Shown here piece after piece: positions 19,519-29,235 of a DNA stretch of 64,000 nucleotides. Source of the DNA: Granulicella sp. (GTDB lineage: Bacteria > Acidobacteriota > Terriglobia > Terriglobales > Acidobacteriaceae); NCBI GenBank assembly GCA_027339965.1, contig DAHWNL010000078.1, positions 64,001-128,000 of the forward strand. The letters are read 5' to 3'. The notes below the pieces were generated by a model, which was given only the letters and a program-made list of their open reading frames with translations, searched no databases and was not told where the DNA came from. Position numbers and translations under genes: made by a program. Position 1 is the stretch's first letter. Every line of letters starts with the position of its first letter.

Positions 19519-20784
19519 TTGGCCACTAGAACCCCGGTTGAAGAACATACCGCGCCTCCTCCCCAGGCTCATGTCCAACGCTGGACGATTCTCTCGCTGC
19601 TCTTTGCGATCACGGTGATCAATATCATCGATCGTCAGACGGTGTCCGTATTGGCGCCCCTGATCAAGGCTGCCTTCCACCTCTCCGACGAAGCCTACGG
19701 GCGGATCGTCGCCGCTTTTCAATTCGGCATGATGAGCGGCGAACTGCCCATGGGACAATTGATGGACCAATGGGGATGCCGCATCGGCATGTGCGCCGCG
19801 GTTTGCTGGTGGTCGATGTGTACAGGCTCGCAGGCGTTCGTTCGCACTGGGATGCAGCTCGGCCTGTCACGGCTGGGAATGGGCGGAACCGAGTGCGGCA
19901 ATTTCTCCGGCGGGATGAAAGCCGTATCCGAGACCTTCCAAGAAAAGGAACGCACCTTCGCCATCGGCATCTTCAACAGTGGCAGTGTGGTTGGCGCCGT
20001 GATTGCCCCACCATTGATCGTCTTTCTGGTACAGCACTATGGGTTCCGCGCCGCATTTTTTGTTCCCGCATTGCTCGGGTTGATCTGGGTGGTGCTTTGG
20101 TGGTTCACCTACCCAAGCCATCGCGGCAAAGAGGTGCGGGAGAACGAGGCGCCAAAGACGCCCCTGAAGGCGCTGCTCGGCAACTCGTCTACATGGGCAG
20201 TGGTGCTCTGCCGAGCCTTCGTTGGCCCCGTGATTCAGTTTTACTGGTATTGGTTGCCCAGCTACCTTTACAGCGCGCGGCACATGACGATGACGCAGAT
20301 CGGCACCCTCTCCTGGATTCCCTTCTTCCTGGGCAGTGTCGGCGGCGTCGCCGGAGGGTGGGCAGCCGGTTGGCTGCAGCGGCGCGGAGCGACCCCACCC
20401 CTCGTTCGCAAACTCACCATGTACTTCAGCAGTATCCTTTGCCTGGCCAGTTTTCTCGTGCCGCTTGTGGCAGGGCCTATGCTGGCGCTCACTCTGATCA
20501 GCGTCGCCATCTTCGGACACAACTTTCTCTCGGTAAACATGTTTGGCGCAATTACGGATCTGTTTAGCGGCGCAGAAGTGGGACGGGCAACCGGAATGAG
20601 TGGCGTTGCAAGCGGACTGACCGGCCTGCTGTTTCCCCTACTCACCGGTTATCTCGTGGATCATGGCTCCTATCGGTCTGTCTTCATGATGGCGGCTCTG
20701 ATGCCGTTGATTGGAACCGTTGCGCTGTTTGTCCTGGCTCGGAAGTACCGGAGGATGACCGGAGATCAGAGAGTGCACGTCTGA
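19519..20784 (+). CDS. MFS transporter (ExuT/anion:cation symporter type), candidate sulfosugar importer
   Basis: INIIDRQTVSVLAP, ERTFAIGIFNSGSVVGAVIAPP, FYWYWLPSYL; about 12 TM helices. Confidence 0.85.
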   Translation: MATRTPVEEHTAPPPQAHVQRWTILSLLFAITVINIIDRQTVSVLAPLIKAAFHLSDEAYGRIVAAFQFGMMSGELPMGQLMDQWGCRIGMCAAVCWWSMCTGSQAFVRTGMQLGLSRLGMGGTECGNFSGGMKAVSETFQEKERTFAIGIFNSGSVVGAVIAPPLIVFLVQHYGFRAAFFVPALLGLIWVVLWWFTYPSHRGKEVRENEAPKTPLKALLGNSSTWAVVLCRAFVGPVIQFYWYWLPSYLYSARHMTMTQIGTLSWIPFFLGSVGGVAGGWAAGWLQRRGATPPLVRKLTMYFSSILCLASFLVPLVAGPMLALTLISVAIFGHNFLSVNMFGAITDLFSGAEVGRATGMSGVASGLTGLLFPLLTGYLVDHGSYRSVFMMAALMPLIGTVALFVLARKYRRMTGDQRVHV

Positions 20785-20813
20785 GTTGGAAGACCTCCGG
20801 GGTGAGAGATGCT

Positions 20814-21857
20814 TCAACTGTGAGAGATGCTTTCAAGAACACGCGACGATCCGGCTGGCTTGACGCTGCACCTGTCTTGCCACGGAGTGGCGGCCTCAAG
20901 CACTTTGTTTACCTTGCTTATATTCTCCGCGCCCTCCGTTTCCAGCCATGCACGTAGCGCCGTAGGGCCTTGCTGCACAAAGATAGGAACGCCACCTTGC
21001 CAGGTGGCGCGGCCACACAGCACTCCGTGGAACTCAACGCCGCTTTCCAGCGCGAACTCCAACCCTTCAATGAAAGCGCTATTGGGCACGCCCGCCGAGA
21101 GATAAACGAACGGTTTGGTGGAGGCAGCCGCAGCTCGGCGGAAGTGTTCAGCCGCTTCGGCCCGCGAATAGGCTTGCTGACCCGTGTAGACCTGCATGCC
21201 AGGAACGGACTGCATGCGGACCGGGAACTCCAGCTTGAGCACGTCGGCCCCGTATCGATCCGCAGTGAACTCCTCGATGGAACGAATCACGATCTCCGGC
21301 TTGCGCCTTGCATAGCTTAGAGAGCTTTCTTCCTCGCCGACGCCATACGCGAGCAGCTCCAGAAACAGGGGCATATCCAGGGCACGGCACTCAGCGCCGA
21401 TTCGCTCGACCCAGGCCTTCTTCTGTTCATTCACCCAGCCATCCGCAAACGGCGAATAGAAGAGGAGGATCTTCACGGCGGCGGCACCTGCTTCGCGCAG
21501 ACGCAGCACCGACCATCCTTCTGTCAGACTAGGTAAAAAATCCGGGGCCGTAAAGTCATAGCCGGATTTCTCATAAGCCAGCATGGCTCCTTTCCCGTTG
21601 CGGTGCCCCAGTGCCGGCAAACCAAACTCTACATCCAGCAGGATGGCCGATGCGTGACGCGTAAGCGCCTCGGTGACAATCTCCTTGAACTCGGAGACCA
21701 TGGCATCGGTCGGTTCGCCGGCCTGCATTTCCTTAGCCATCATCTTTTTCAGCAATCCGCGCTGGTCGAGTGCAGCCGCCGCAATCACTCCTCGCGGATT
21801 GGCGACAGCCTTGAGGCCGGCAATCTTTCCCTGAGTCAAAACTGAGGTCATCACCAT
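20814..21857 (-). CDS. LacD-family class I aldolase (tagatose-bisphosphate aldolase-like; candidate sulfofructosephosphate aldolase)
   Basis: ALDQRG, ASAILLDVEFG, AYEKSGYD, DVLKLEFP, YLSAGV, GVLCGRATW. Confidence 0.85.
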   Translation of the reverse strand: MVMTSVLTQGKIAGLKAVANPRGVIAAAALDQRGLLKKMMAKEMQAGEPTDAMVSEFKEIVTEALTRHASAILLDVEFGLPALGHRNGKGAMLAYEKSGYDFTAPDFLPSLTEGWSVLRLREAGAAAVKILLFYSPFADGWVNEQKKAWVERIGAECRALDMPLFLELLAYGVGEEESSLSYARRKPEIVIRSIEEFTADRYGADVLKLEFPVRMQSVPGMQVYTGQQAYSRAEAAEHFRRAAAASTKPFVYLSAGVPNSAFIEGLEFALESGVEFHGVLCGRATWQGGVPIFVQQGPTALRAWLETEGAENISKVNKVLEAATPWQDRCSVKPAGSSRVLESISHS

Positions 21858-21917
21858 CTTCTCTCCATTTTCTTAAGGACGCCTCGAGACGGCGAGACGC
21901 CTTGCTTTTAACGGTGC

Positions 21918-22895
21918 CTATCGCACGGGCAGGCGCTGGGGCGTCGCCTGATGGACCGAGCTCAGCGCCGGTCTACCCTCCAGCACTCGAGTGATGTCCT
22001 CGCAGATCGCAACCGTCACCCGACCTTGGGCCTCGTGTGTCCAGGCTCCAACATGTGGCATCAGAATCACATTTGGCATCGACTCCAGCTCTCCCTGCTG
22101 GGGCGGCTCAGTGGCCCGAACATCCAGCGCCGCGCCGGCTAATCTCCCGGATTTGAGTGCAGCCAGCAGATCCGGCTCCGATACGACCTTCCCGCGCGAT
22201 GTATTGATGAAGTAGGAGCCGGGCTTCATCCTTTCAAAGCAGGCGAAATTCACGAGCCCTGATGTCTGCGGCGAAGCGGGCAGATGGCAGGAGACAATAT
22301 CCGCCCGAGCAAACAACTCCTCCATCGCCACCAATTCGGCCTGAAGATCGGCCAGCAGAACATTGTCCGGGCTGAGGAATGGGTCGCAGGCCAGCACACT
22401 CATGCCGAAAGCCCGGGCGCGGCGAGCCGTGAGATAACCAATTTTCCCGGCGCCAACAATACCCAGCGTCTTGCCATAGAGCTCTGACCCGATAAAGCGG
22501 CGGCGATTCCAGTTTCCGGCCTTGGTGTCCCGGTCGGCAACGGGGATAAAGCGCACCAGGGAGAGCATCAGGCCGAGGGCCAGTTCGGCGACGCTGATTG
22601 CGTTCTGATCCGGCGTGAAGGCCACCACAATGCCGGCTTGACGGGCATACTCCACATCCACATTGTCCAGCCCCACTCCGGCACGCCCGATCACGAGTAG
22701 CTGGGGGGCTGCATCGATCAACTCGGCCGTCACCGGCGTCTGGTTGCGCACAAGGAGTGCATGGCAACCCCTGATCTTGTCAATCAGAAGCTGCGGCGAC
22801 TTCCATGCGTCCGGCAGATAGAGCACGTCAAATCGGCTGCGGAGTGCGTCTACAGCAGATCCTTCAATAGCCTCTGATATCAGAATGTCGGGCAT
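21918..22895 (-). CDS. slcC: D-2-hydroxyacid dehydrogenase, SlcC-like (S)-sulfolactate dehydrogenase
   Basis: MPDILISE, LLVRNQT, GRAGVGLDNVD, GAGKIG, NTSRG, PHVGA; no ACT domain; adjacent to comC/suyAB. Confidence 0.7.
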   Translation of the reverse strand: MPDILISEAIEGSAVDALRSRFDVLYLPDAWKSPQLLIDKIRGCHALLVRNQTPVTAELIDAAPQLLVIGRAGVGLDNVDVEYARQAGIVVAFTPDQNAISVAELALGLMLSLVRFIPVADRDTKAGNWNRRRFIGSELYGKTLGIVGAGKIGYLTARRARAFGMSVLACDPFLSPDNVLLADLQAELVAMEELFARADIVSCHLPASPQTSGLVNFACFERMKPGSYFINTSRGKVVSEPDLLAALKSGRLAGAALDVRATEPPQQGELESMPNVILMPHVGAWTHEAQGRVTVAICEDITRVLEGRPALSSVHQATPQRLPVR

Positions 22896-23950
22896 GCGTT
22901 CACCTCGGGACAGTCGAATGCAACCTTCAGTTGCCGGCACCAGTGTTCCAATTCCGCAATCGTCTCCGGCGCAAGGGGAATGCCGTGCGACTGGTTTTGC
23001 TCAGCGATGCGCGCGGAGCGCTCTCCAGGAAGCAGAATTTCGCTCACTCCGTTGCGTCTCCTCGACGACTTGATCTGGCCAATGGTTTCGTCCATCCGCT
23101 GTAGATACTCCTCGTAGTCCAGGAAGGCGGAGATGTCGAACAGACAGAAAAAATGACCGACATTCTGTGGGCGATCCAGGTTCTTGTACATAGAGCCCAC
23201 CTGGGAACCAATCGCAGCTCCGGAGAGAACTCCGCTGAACATCTCCACCATCAAGGCCAGCGCATAGCCCTTGTGGCCGGCCATGGTAAGAACCGTGCCC
23301 AGCAAGGCTGCCTGGGCATCGGTGGTGGGCTCTCCCTGCGGGTCGAGCGCCCAGCCCTCTGGAATCGGTTGATTGCGCCTCTGAGCGGCAATGATGTTGC
23401 CGCGAGCCACGATCGAGGTAGCCAGATCAATCTTCACCGGAAAGCTCCGGCGCGTGGGGAAAGAGGCGGCGATGGGATTGGTGCCGAAGAAAGGCTCGTA
23501 GCCGCCTGCGGGCGACATGGCTGGCTCGCAGTTGGTCATCGCCAGCAGCACCATGCCATGCTCCGCCGCTGCATTGCAGTACCAGGAGAGCGCGCCGAAG
23601 TGCTGCGAGTTGCGGATGGTAGCCGCGGCTACCCCGTTCCGCCGCGCCAAAGGGATCAGGCGATCCAGCGCCTTCCGCGCCTGCACCTGCCCAAGTCCAT
23701 TACCTGCATTCAGCGCCAGCACACTTTCGGCTCCGCGATCTGCGGTGAGCGGCGCTGCGGGGTCAATCAATCCCTCCTGTATGCGACGCAAATAGATGCT
23801 GAGGCGCGAGACTCCATGCGTCGAAACGCCATGCAGATCGGCATCGACCAGCGCACTCGCAAACAAAGCTGCGTCCTGCGCCGGCACGCCGATGGCAACG
23901 GCAAGCTGCGCGACAAGGCGCTCCAGCGTTTCCTTTCGATATCGCTCCAT
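22880..23950 (-). CDS. comC: Ldh_2-family oxidoreductase, ComC-like (R)-sulfolactate dehydrogenase
   Basis: DADLHGVSTHGVSRL, NSQHFGA, GTNPIA, DLATS, GHKGYAL, LPGE. Confidence 0.72.
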   Translation of the reverse strand: MERYRKETLERLVAQLAVAIGVPAQDAALFASALVDADLHGVSTHGVSRLSIYLRRIQEGLIDPAAPLTADRGAESVLALNAGNGLGQVQARKALDRLIPLARRNGVAAATIRNSQHFGALSWYCNAAAEHGMVLLAMTNCEPAMSPAGGYEPFFGTNPIAASFPTRRSFPVKIDLATSIVARGNIIAAQRRNQPIPEGWALDPQGEPTTDAQAALLGTVLTMAGHKGYALALMVEMFSGVLSGAAIGSQVGSMYKNLDRPQNVGHFFCLFDISAFLDYEEYLQRMDETIGQIKSSRRRNGVSEILLPGERSARIAEQNQSHGIPLAPETIAELEHWCRQLKVAFDCPEVNACPTF

Positions 23951-23970
23951 ACACTCCTGCCCGAGAACCT

Positions 23971-24007
23971 GCGCCGAGGCTCAGTTCAGTGAACTGAGCC
24001 TCGGCGC
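23971..24007. repeat. long perfect inverted repeat between suyB and comC
   Basis: GCGCCGAGGCTCAGTTCA-G-TGAACTGAGCCTCGGCGC (18-bp arms). Confidence 0.9.
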
Positions 24008-24020
24008 GTTGAAAGACGAA

Positions 24021-25184
24021 TCAGGCGCTGCGATAGAGCTTGGTCATCACAAACTCGCGATGGCCGAGCGCCTCCGCCGCCGTGAGCCTGCCGTTGGCCG
24101 TACGAACAATCATCTCGATGAGAGCGTCTCCGGCCTGGTCGAGCGTCATCTCTCCCTGCAAAATCGGAGCCACGTCCAGGTCGATGTGCTCCTTCATTGT
24201 GGCGACGGTCTTGGGATTCCCGGACAGCTTGATGACCGGTTCAATGGGATTGCCGATGACGTTGCCCTGACCGGTCGGGAAAAGGTGGACGACCGCGCCC
24301 GAAGCAGCCCACAGCGTCACCGCCTCCGCCGCAGCGCTGGAGGTGTCCATGAACCACATGCCGGCCTTGGTCGGGGCTTCTGCCGGCTTAAGACACCCAA
24401 TAAACTTGGTCTTCTTGCCCAGCTTTTCCACGTTACCCAGCGCCTTCTCTTCAATGGTCGAGAGTCCGCCGGCGATATTCCCCTTGGTCGGCTGCGACTC
24501 AGAAAGATCATCGGTCTTCTCACTGAACACCAGACGCGTGTAATCTTCGAAAGCCGCCATGAACTGCTTGCGCACCTCTTCATTGGCCGCTTTGGCGGCT
24601 ACGATGTGCTCTGCGCCGGTCAACTCGCTCGTTTCACCGAAAGAGGCCGTCCCGCCGAGCGCGCAGTGTTTGTCCAGAACATTGCCGACAGTGGGGCAAC
24701 TGGCCAGGCCGGTGGTGGTGTCGGACTCCCCGCACTTCACGCTGATATACAGTTCGCTCAGCCTGCACTCCGCGCGCTGCAGCTCGGAAGCCCACTGAAC
24801 AAACTCCTTTGCTTTGTAGGACGCATCGGCGATGGTGCGTATATCGCCCTGGCCTTCGATCCAGTATCCCTCCACCGGCTTGCCGGTCTTCGCAATGCCG
24901 TCCACGATGCGCTTGGTCCAACCCGCCTCAATGCCGATGACCACCACGGCTGCAACGTTCGGATTGCTGCCGATACCGATCATGGTGCGAAAGAATAACT
25001 CAAGATCTTCGCCAAACTGCAGCCGGCCGTAGGCGTGCGGCAGGGCGAGCGTTCCCTTGATATTGTTGGCAACTGCCTCGCAGGCGGCGTTGGAGATATC
25101 GTCCACCGGCAGGATGACGACATGGTTGCGGATTCCTACCCGCCCGTTTTCCCGTCGAAATGCGTGAATCTTTCGGTCTGTCAT
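24021..25184 (-). CDS. suyB: (2R)-sulfolactate sulfo-lyase beta subunit (UxaA family)
   Basis: [58 protein letters not shown] and C-terminal [17 protein letters not shown] match SuyB as I recall it, rather than altronate dehydratase. Confidence 0.9.
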   Translation of the reverse strand: MTDRKIHAFRRENGRVGIRNHVVILPVDDISNAACEAVANNIKGTLALPHAYGRLQFGEDLELFFRTMIGIGSNPNVAAVVVIGIEAGWTKRIVDGIAKTGKPVEGYWIEGQGDIRTIADASYKAKEFVQWASELQRAECRLSELYISVKCGESDTTTGLASCPTVGNVLDKHCALGGTASFGETSELTGAEHIVAAKAANEEVRKQFMAAFEDYTRLVFSEKTDDLSESQPTKGNIAGGLSTIEEKALGNVEKLGKKTKFIGCLKPAEAPTKAGMWFMDTSSAAAEAVTLWAASGAVVHLFPTGQGNVIGNPIEPVIKLSGNPKTVATMKEHIDLDVAPILQGEMTLDQAGDALIEMIVRTANGRLTAAEALGHREFVMTKLYRSA

Positions 25185-25187
25185 GAT

Positions 25188-25466
25188 CTACCACCTTTTC
25201 GTCTTCAGGTTATGCACGTGAACATGCTGCCCCGCACGGATGGGCTGCACCACTTTACCAATCTCGCAGCCATACTTGATGGCGGTATCGCCTACGGCAA
25301 AGTCCCGCAGCGCAAATTTGTGTCCGAGCGGAATCGCCTCGGCCGTCTTCGCGGTGAGCGTCTTGTTGGTCGAAAGATTCCGACCGGTACACTCGGCGCC
25401 GGCAGCAAGGTCGGTTACGGCTACCGCAACCGTATCCGCTGAATCGTGAATGAGGAAATGAATCAT
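25188..25466 (-). CDS. suyA: (2R)-sulfolactate sulfo-lyase alpha subunit (SAF domain)
   Basis: HFLIHDSADTVAVAV, IPLGHKFAL, IKYG, HVHVHNLKTKRW; 3 bp from suyB. Confidence 0.88.
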   Translation of the reverse strand: MIHFLIHDSADTVAVAVTDLAAGAECTGRNLSTNKTLTAKTAEAIPLGHKFALRDFAVGDTAIKYGCEIGKVVQPIRAGQHVHVHNLKTKRW

Positions 25467-25496
25467 AGTGTTCGCCTTCTCCTTTCAAGAGCTTTA

Positions 25497-26939
25497 TTAA
25501 AAGACGCCAATCGAAACGTGTTTCGTTTCGAGAAACGCGTCCAGACCCTCGCTGCCCAGCTCACGGCCCCATCCGCTCTGCTTCACCCCACCGAAGGGGC
25601 TCTGGCTGGTGGTGGGCGCGCCGTCGTTGATGCCTAGCGTGCCTGCCTCGATCTGCTCAGCGAGCCGGAAGATGCGCGCCACATCTCTCGTCATGGCATA
25701 GGCGCTCAAGCCATACTCCGAGTGGTTAGCCAACGCAATGGCCTCCTCTTCGCTATCAAAAGCGGCAATCGGCGCGACCGGTGCGAACGTCTCCTCGCGC
25801 ATGCACATGGCGCCCGGGGGAGCGTTATCGATGACCGTCGGCTCCAAAAAGAACCCGGCCGCGCCGGCTGCTCGTTTCCCGCCACAGAGGAGCTCGCCAC
25901 CCAGGCTGACGGCGTTCTCAATCTGGCTGAGCGCGCCCTCCAACGCCTGCTGGTTGATCACCGGGCCGACATCCGCGCCGGACTCCAGTCCTGAACAGAC
26001 CTTCAGCTTCTTCACTCCATCCACAAAACGCTGGATAAACTTGTCGTGAATGGAACGTTGGACGTAGATGCGGTTCGCGGCAATGCAGGATTGACCGGTG
26101 TTGCGGAACTTGGCGATGAGCGTCTCGTGCACCGCTATGTCCAGGTCGCAGTCTTCGAAGACCAGGACAGGAGCCAGTCCGCCCAGTTCCAGAGAGAGCG
26201 GCTTGACCGTCTGCGCTGCGCCGGCAATCAGTTCCCTTCCAACCTCGGTGGAACCGGTGAAGGTGATCTTGCGGCAGATGGGGTTGGCCAGGAATTCCGC
26301 GGAGATCGCCTTTGCATTGCCCAGCACCAACTGGAAGACACCATGCGGAACGTCGGCGCTCTCCACGCACTCCGCAAAGGCGATCGCGCAAAGCGGAGTT
26401 TGCATCGAGGGCTTCAGGACCACCGGGCAGCCCACCGCCAGCGCGGGCGCCACCTTGCGCACGGCCAACACCAACGGAAAGTTCCACGGAGAGATGGCGC
26501 CAACGACGCCGATGGGAGTCCGCACCACCATGTTGCGGCGGCCATCCGTCTGATGAGGAATGATGCGTCCGTAGACGCGCTTTCCCTCTTCTGCGAACCA
26601 GCGCAGATGCTCCTCGGCCATGGCTACCTCTCCGCGGCTCTGCGCAAGCGGCTTGCCATTCTCCAGCGTGATCGTGCGGGCAATCTCTTCTCGCCGCCGA
26701 GCCAGTTCGTCTGCAACCCGGTTAAGGTAAGCCCCTCTTGCCTTCGCATTCAGAGCTCGCCATGAAGCCAGAACCCGATGCGCATCCTCCAAGGCCGCAG
26801 CCACCTGATCCTGCGTTATCCGCGATACCCGAGCAAACGCCTCGCCTGTCGCAGGATTGATCACGTCAGCGACATCTGCGGTGACTATCCAACGCCCATT
26901 CACATACGACCCGCGCACGTCGCCCGGCTTCTGCTCCAT
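25497..26939 (-). CDS. NAD(P)-dependent aldehyde dehydrogenase (GabD-like; candidate sulfolactaldehyde dehydrogenase)
   Basis: PWNFP, FTGSTEVG, LELGG, KFRNTGQSC, EETFAP, PFGGVKQSG. Confidence 0.85.
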   Translation of the reverse strand: MEQKPGDVRGSYVNGRWIVTADVADVINPATGEAFARVSRITQDQVAAALEDAHRVLASWRALNAKARGAYLNRVADELARRREEIARTITLENGKPLAQSRGEVAMAEEHLRWFAEEGKRVYGRIIPHQTDGRRNMVVRTPIGVVGAISPWNFPLVLAVRKVAPALAVGCPVVLKPSMQTPLCAIAFAECVESADVPHGVFQLVLGNAKAISAEFLANPICRKITFTGSTEVGRELIAGAAQTVKPLSLELGGLAPVLVFEDCDLDIAVHETLIAKFRNTGQSCIAANRIYVQRSIHDKFIQRFVDGVKKLKVCSGLESGADVGPVINQQALEGALSQIENAVSLGGELLCGGKRAAGAAGFFLEPTVIDNAPPGAMCMREETFAPVAPIAAFDSEEEAIALANHSEYGLSAYAMTRDVARIFRLAEQIEAGTLGINDGAPTTSQSPFGGVKQSGWGRELGSEGLDAFLETKHVSIGVF

Positions 26940-26955
26940 CTTGGCCCTCTCTTCT

Positions 26956-27609
26956 TCAGTCCACCCACTTGGGAACAAACTTTCCCTGACGCGCCTGCGA
27001 ATCGATCATCTTGGCCGCTTCCGCCACATGATGCCGGGCCAGCCGCTCCGCGCTATCGGGCTGATTTTTCTCAATTGCAGTGATAATCGCCAGGTGCTCA
27101 TCGTGGATCGTTCGCGGCTCGCGCGAAGCGCGCACCATCATGCCCAAAACTCGGTAGGTCTCCGCCAGACGCGTCAAGATCTTGTTTCGCGATAACTCCG
27201 TGATATGTAGATGAAAATCGCGATCAAGCCGGCCCATCGCTTCTTCCTTGCCCTTCTTGGCCAGCTGATAGATCTCATCGGCCATCTCTCGCAGGGTAGC
27301 GATGTCGGCAGGAGCCACGTTGCCACAACCCAGCCGGGCAGCCAATCCCTCCAGCGCTTCGCGAACCTGATAGGCCTGGCAGATGCGATTGGCATCCAGG
27401 CTCCCTACAAATACCCCCAACTGATCCACCGATTCGACCAGACCGAGCCTCTGCAGTTCAAACAGGGATTCGCGAACCGTACCCTGTGCGACCCCCAGCT
27501 CCCGAGCCAGACTCTGCTGGCTGAGACGCTCCCCGGGCTTCGATTCCCCGGACAGAATCCGGCGCTGGATCTCTTGACGAACGTGATGACGCGCTACACG
27601 TGCAGGCAT
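26956..27609 (-). CDS. GntR/FadR-family (FCD) transcriptional regulator
   Basis: GESKPGERLSQQSLARELGVAQGTVRESL HTH; LDRDFH and EHLAII FCD motifs. Confidence 0.9.
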   Translation of the reverse strand: MPARVARHHVRQEIQRRILSGESKPGERLSQQSLARELGVAQGTVRESLFELQRLGLVESVDQLGVFVGSLDANRICQAYQVREALEGLAARLGCGNVAPADIATLREMADEIYQLAKKGKEEAMGRLDRDFHLHITELSRNKILTRLAETYRVLGMMVRASREPRTIHDEHLAIITAIEKNQPDSAERLARHHVAEAAKMIDSQARQGKFVPKWVD

Positions 27610-27819
27610 TGGGTCTCCCTTTTCATTCGGCTGATTTTGGACCTGTGCAATAAAGAGAAGTCAGGCTCTGCTCTGGGAGGTTTGCCAACTCCACCAGGAC
27701 GCCACCCGGTCCATTGTGTAACTCTGTTTTGCGTAACTCCGTTTGCCACTCCATGATTCCGATGCGTCTTGCTGGTTGCTGCGGCCTATCTCCCCATCAG
27801 CTTCTGGTCATAAACTATC

Positions 27820-27837
27820 ACAATCGATAATCGCTAT
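27820..27837. promoter_or_regulatory. putative operator upstream of gntR
   Basis: ACAATCGATAATCGCTA; same core as at 30551-30569 and 19310-19317. Confidence 0.5.
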
Positions 27838-27864
27838 CATCTTGATTAATGCGCTGTTATCCCA

Positions 27865-29235
27865 TCACTCCCACCATGAAATTCTCAACAATCTGGCTAG
27901 CCGGCGTAAAGTTTCGCGATGGGTTCCAAAGGAGACCAGCACATGATGCGGCAAACCCACATGAAGCAAACGATCAAACCACGAGGGGACATCGACTTCC
28001 CGGATATGGACCAGGGCGGTATTGCCGGTAAGCTTACGGCGTGGCTCCACCGTACGGCCTGCCAACGCTGTCAAATGGTAGCGGTTCTCGCAGCGCCACA
28101 ACCGAAACATCGTTACAGGCTCGTTTGTTCGGATGCGGCCATCTACCACCAGCGGCTTGACGATATTGAAGTGGGGCGCCAGCGCGGGAGCCTCTTCGCA
28201 CCCCGGCCCGTCGCACATATCCATGGGAGCCATACCCGGGTGCCAAAAGAAGATCGACTCCCGGTCGTGCTCCAGCCAGTCGGTAAGAAATCCGGGACCC
28301 GCTCCAATCAAAAGGCTGATCAAACTGCTGAGAGCCCCATCCACATCGCCTTCGATCGCTACGGCGCGCCCCTCTGTGCTGAGCCGCGAAACGGCCAGAT
28401 ACGGCCACTGCCCAAGCAGATTCGGCAGCTCAGGCCAGCATTGGAGGGCCAAAGCGTCAAGCCTCTCCTCTTCCATTAAATCTCGCATGGCCAGGTAGTA
28501 GCGCGAGTTCATCGCCAGATCCTCTGCCACCACGCCGCGCAGAGGCAGCTTCATCTCCTGCACCTTCTGGACATCGCGAAGAACTGCTTGCTCAGGTAGC
28601 TCTCGGACGCGCTCAATAAACTGCGGCAGGCTGAGCGGACAAAGCTGGGAGCCAATCGCTTGACGCAGGAGAAACGGCTCTACCGCCAGATCAATGAAAC
28701 CCGGAACGTGCGTCCCCACCAGACCGACACGGCTGCGGCGGAGGCGGAAGGCGGCGCGCGCCAGCATGACCGCCCTTGCCAGATCCTCACGTACAGCGCC
28801 GTCATCGGGATCACCGTAAACGAACTCCAAGGGATGTCCTACCTGCCGCAGAGAAGACGCCCAGAGATGCTGCCCAACCAAAGAACAGGAGCTCACCTTC
28901 CCATCGCCAGGCCGCTCCGGCGTCGCCCAAAGAATCACCGGATCAGGCCACCGCTGGGACAGCGTAAGAGCCAGTTGTCCATGGGCAATCGAGGGCTGCA
29001 GCAGCAGAAGCACCTCACATCCGGCCCGCTGAACCTCCTCCAAAGCGGCAACGGTCGTCATCTCGTCCACGACCGGCTTCTCAATCCGCGTCAAGGAATA
29101 GCCCAGATGCTCCAAGATGTCCAGGCAGCGTGCCGTCATCATCTGATTCCACTCCTGGTCAAACCCAGGGCGCTTGCGGCCCACAGAGATGACCCCCAGA
29201 CGGATGAACTTTCGATCTTCAAGATTGGATGACAT
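27865..29235 (-). CDS. L-fucose/L-arabinose isomerase-like protein (candidate sulfoquinovose isomerase)
   Basis: ILWATPE, SCSLVG, ALALQCWPEL, IEGDVDGA, FWHPG and GLPHH motifs of FucI/AraA-like isomerases. Confidence 0.75.
   Translation of the reverse strand: MSSNLEDRKFIRLGVISVGRKRPGFDQEWNQMMTARCLDILEHLGYSLTRIEKPVVDEMTTVAALEEVQRAGCEVLLLLQPSIAHGQLALTLSQRWPDPVILWATPERPGDGKVSSCSLVGQHLWASSLRQVGHPLEFVYGDPDDGAVREDLARAVMLARAAFRLRRSRVGLVGTHVPGFIDLAVEPFLLRQAIGSQLCPLSLPQFIERVRELPEQAVLRDVQKVQEMKLPLRGVVAEDLAMNSRYYLAMRDLMEEERLDALALQCWPELPNLLGQWPYLAVSRLSTEGRAVAIEGDVDGALSSLISLLIGAGPGFLTDWLEHDRESIFFWHPGMAPMDMCDGPGCEEAPALAPHFNIVKPLVVDGRIRTNEPVTMFRLWRCENRYHLTALAGRTVEPRRKLTGNTALVHIREVDVPSWFDRLLHVGLPHHVLVSFGTHRETLRRLARLLRISWWE

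Noticed and set aside
19068..19529. 153-aa ORF between the glycosidase and MFS genes
   Set aside because: No recognisable domain, and it overlaps the putative MFS promoter/operator.
24021..25466. Altronate/galactarate dehydratase (uxaA/garD) for hexuronate catabolism, given uxaC and an ExuT-like MFS in the window
   Set aside because: The split SAF + beta layout and the sequence motifs match SuyAB, the neighbours are ComC/SlcC-like, and uxaC is 27 kb away.
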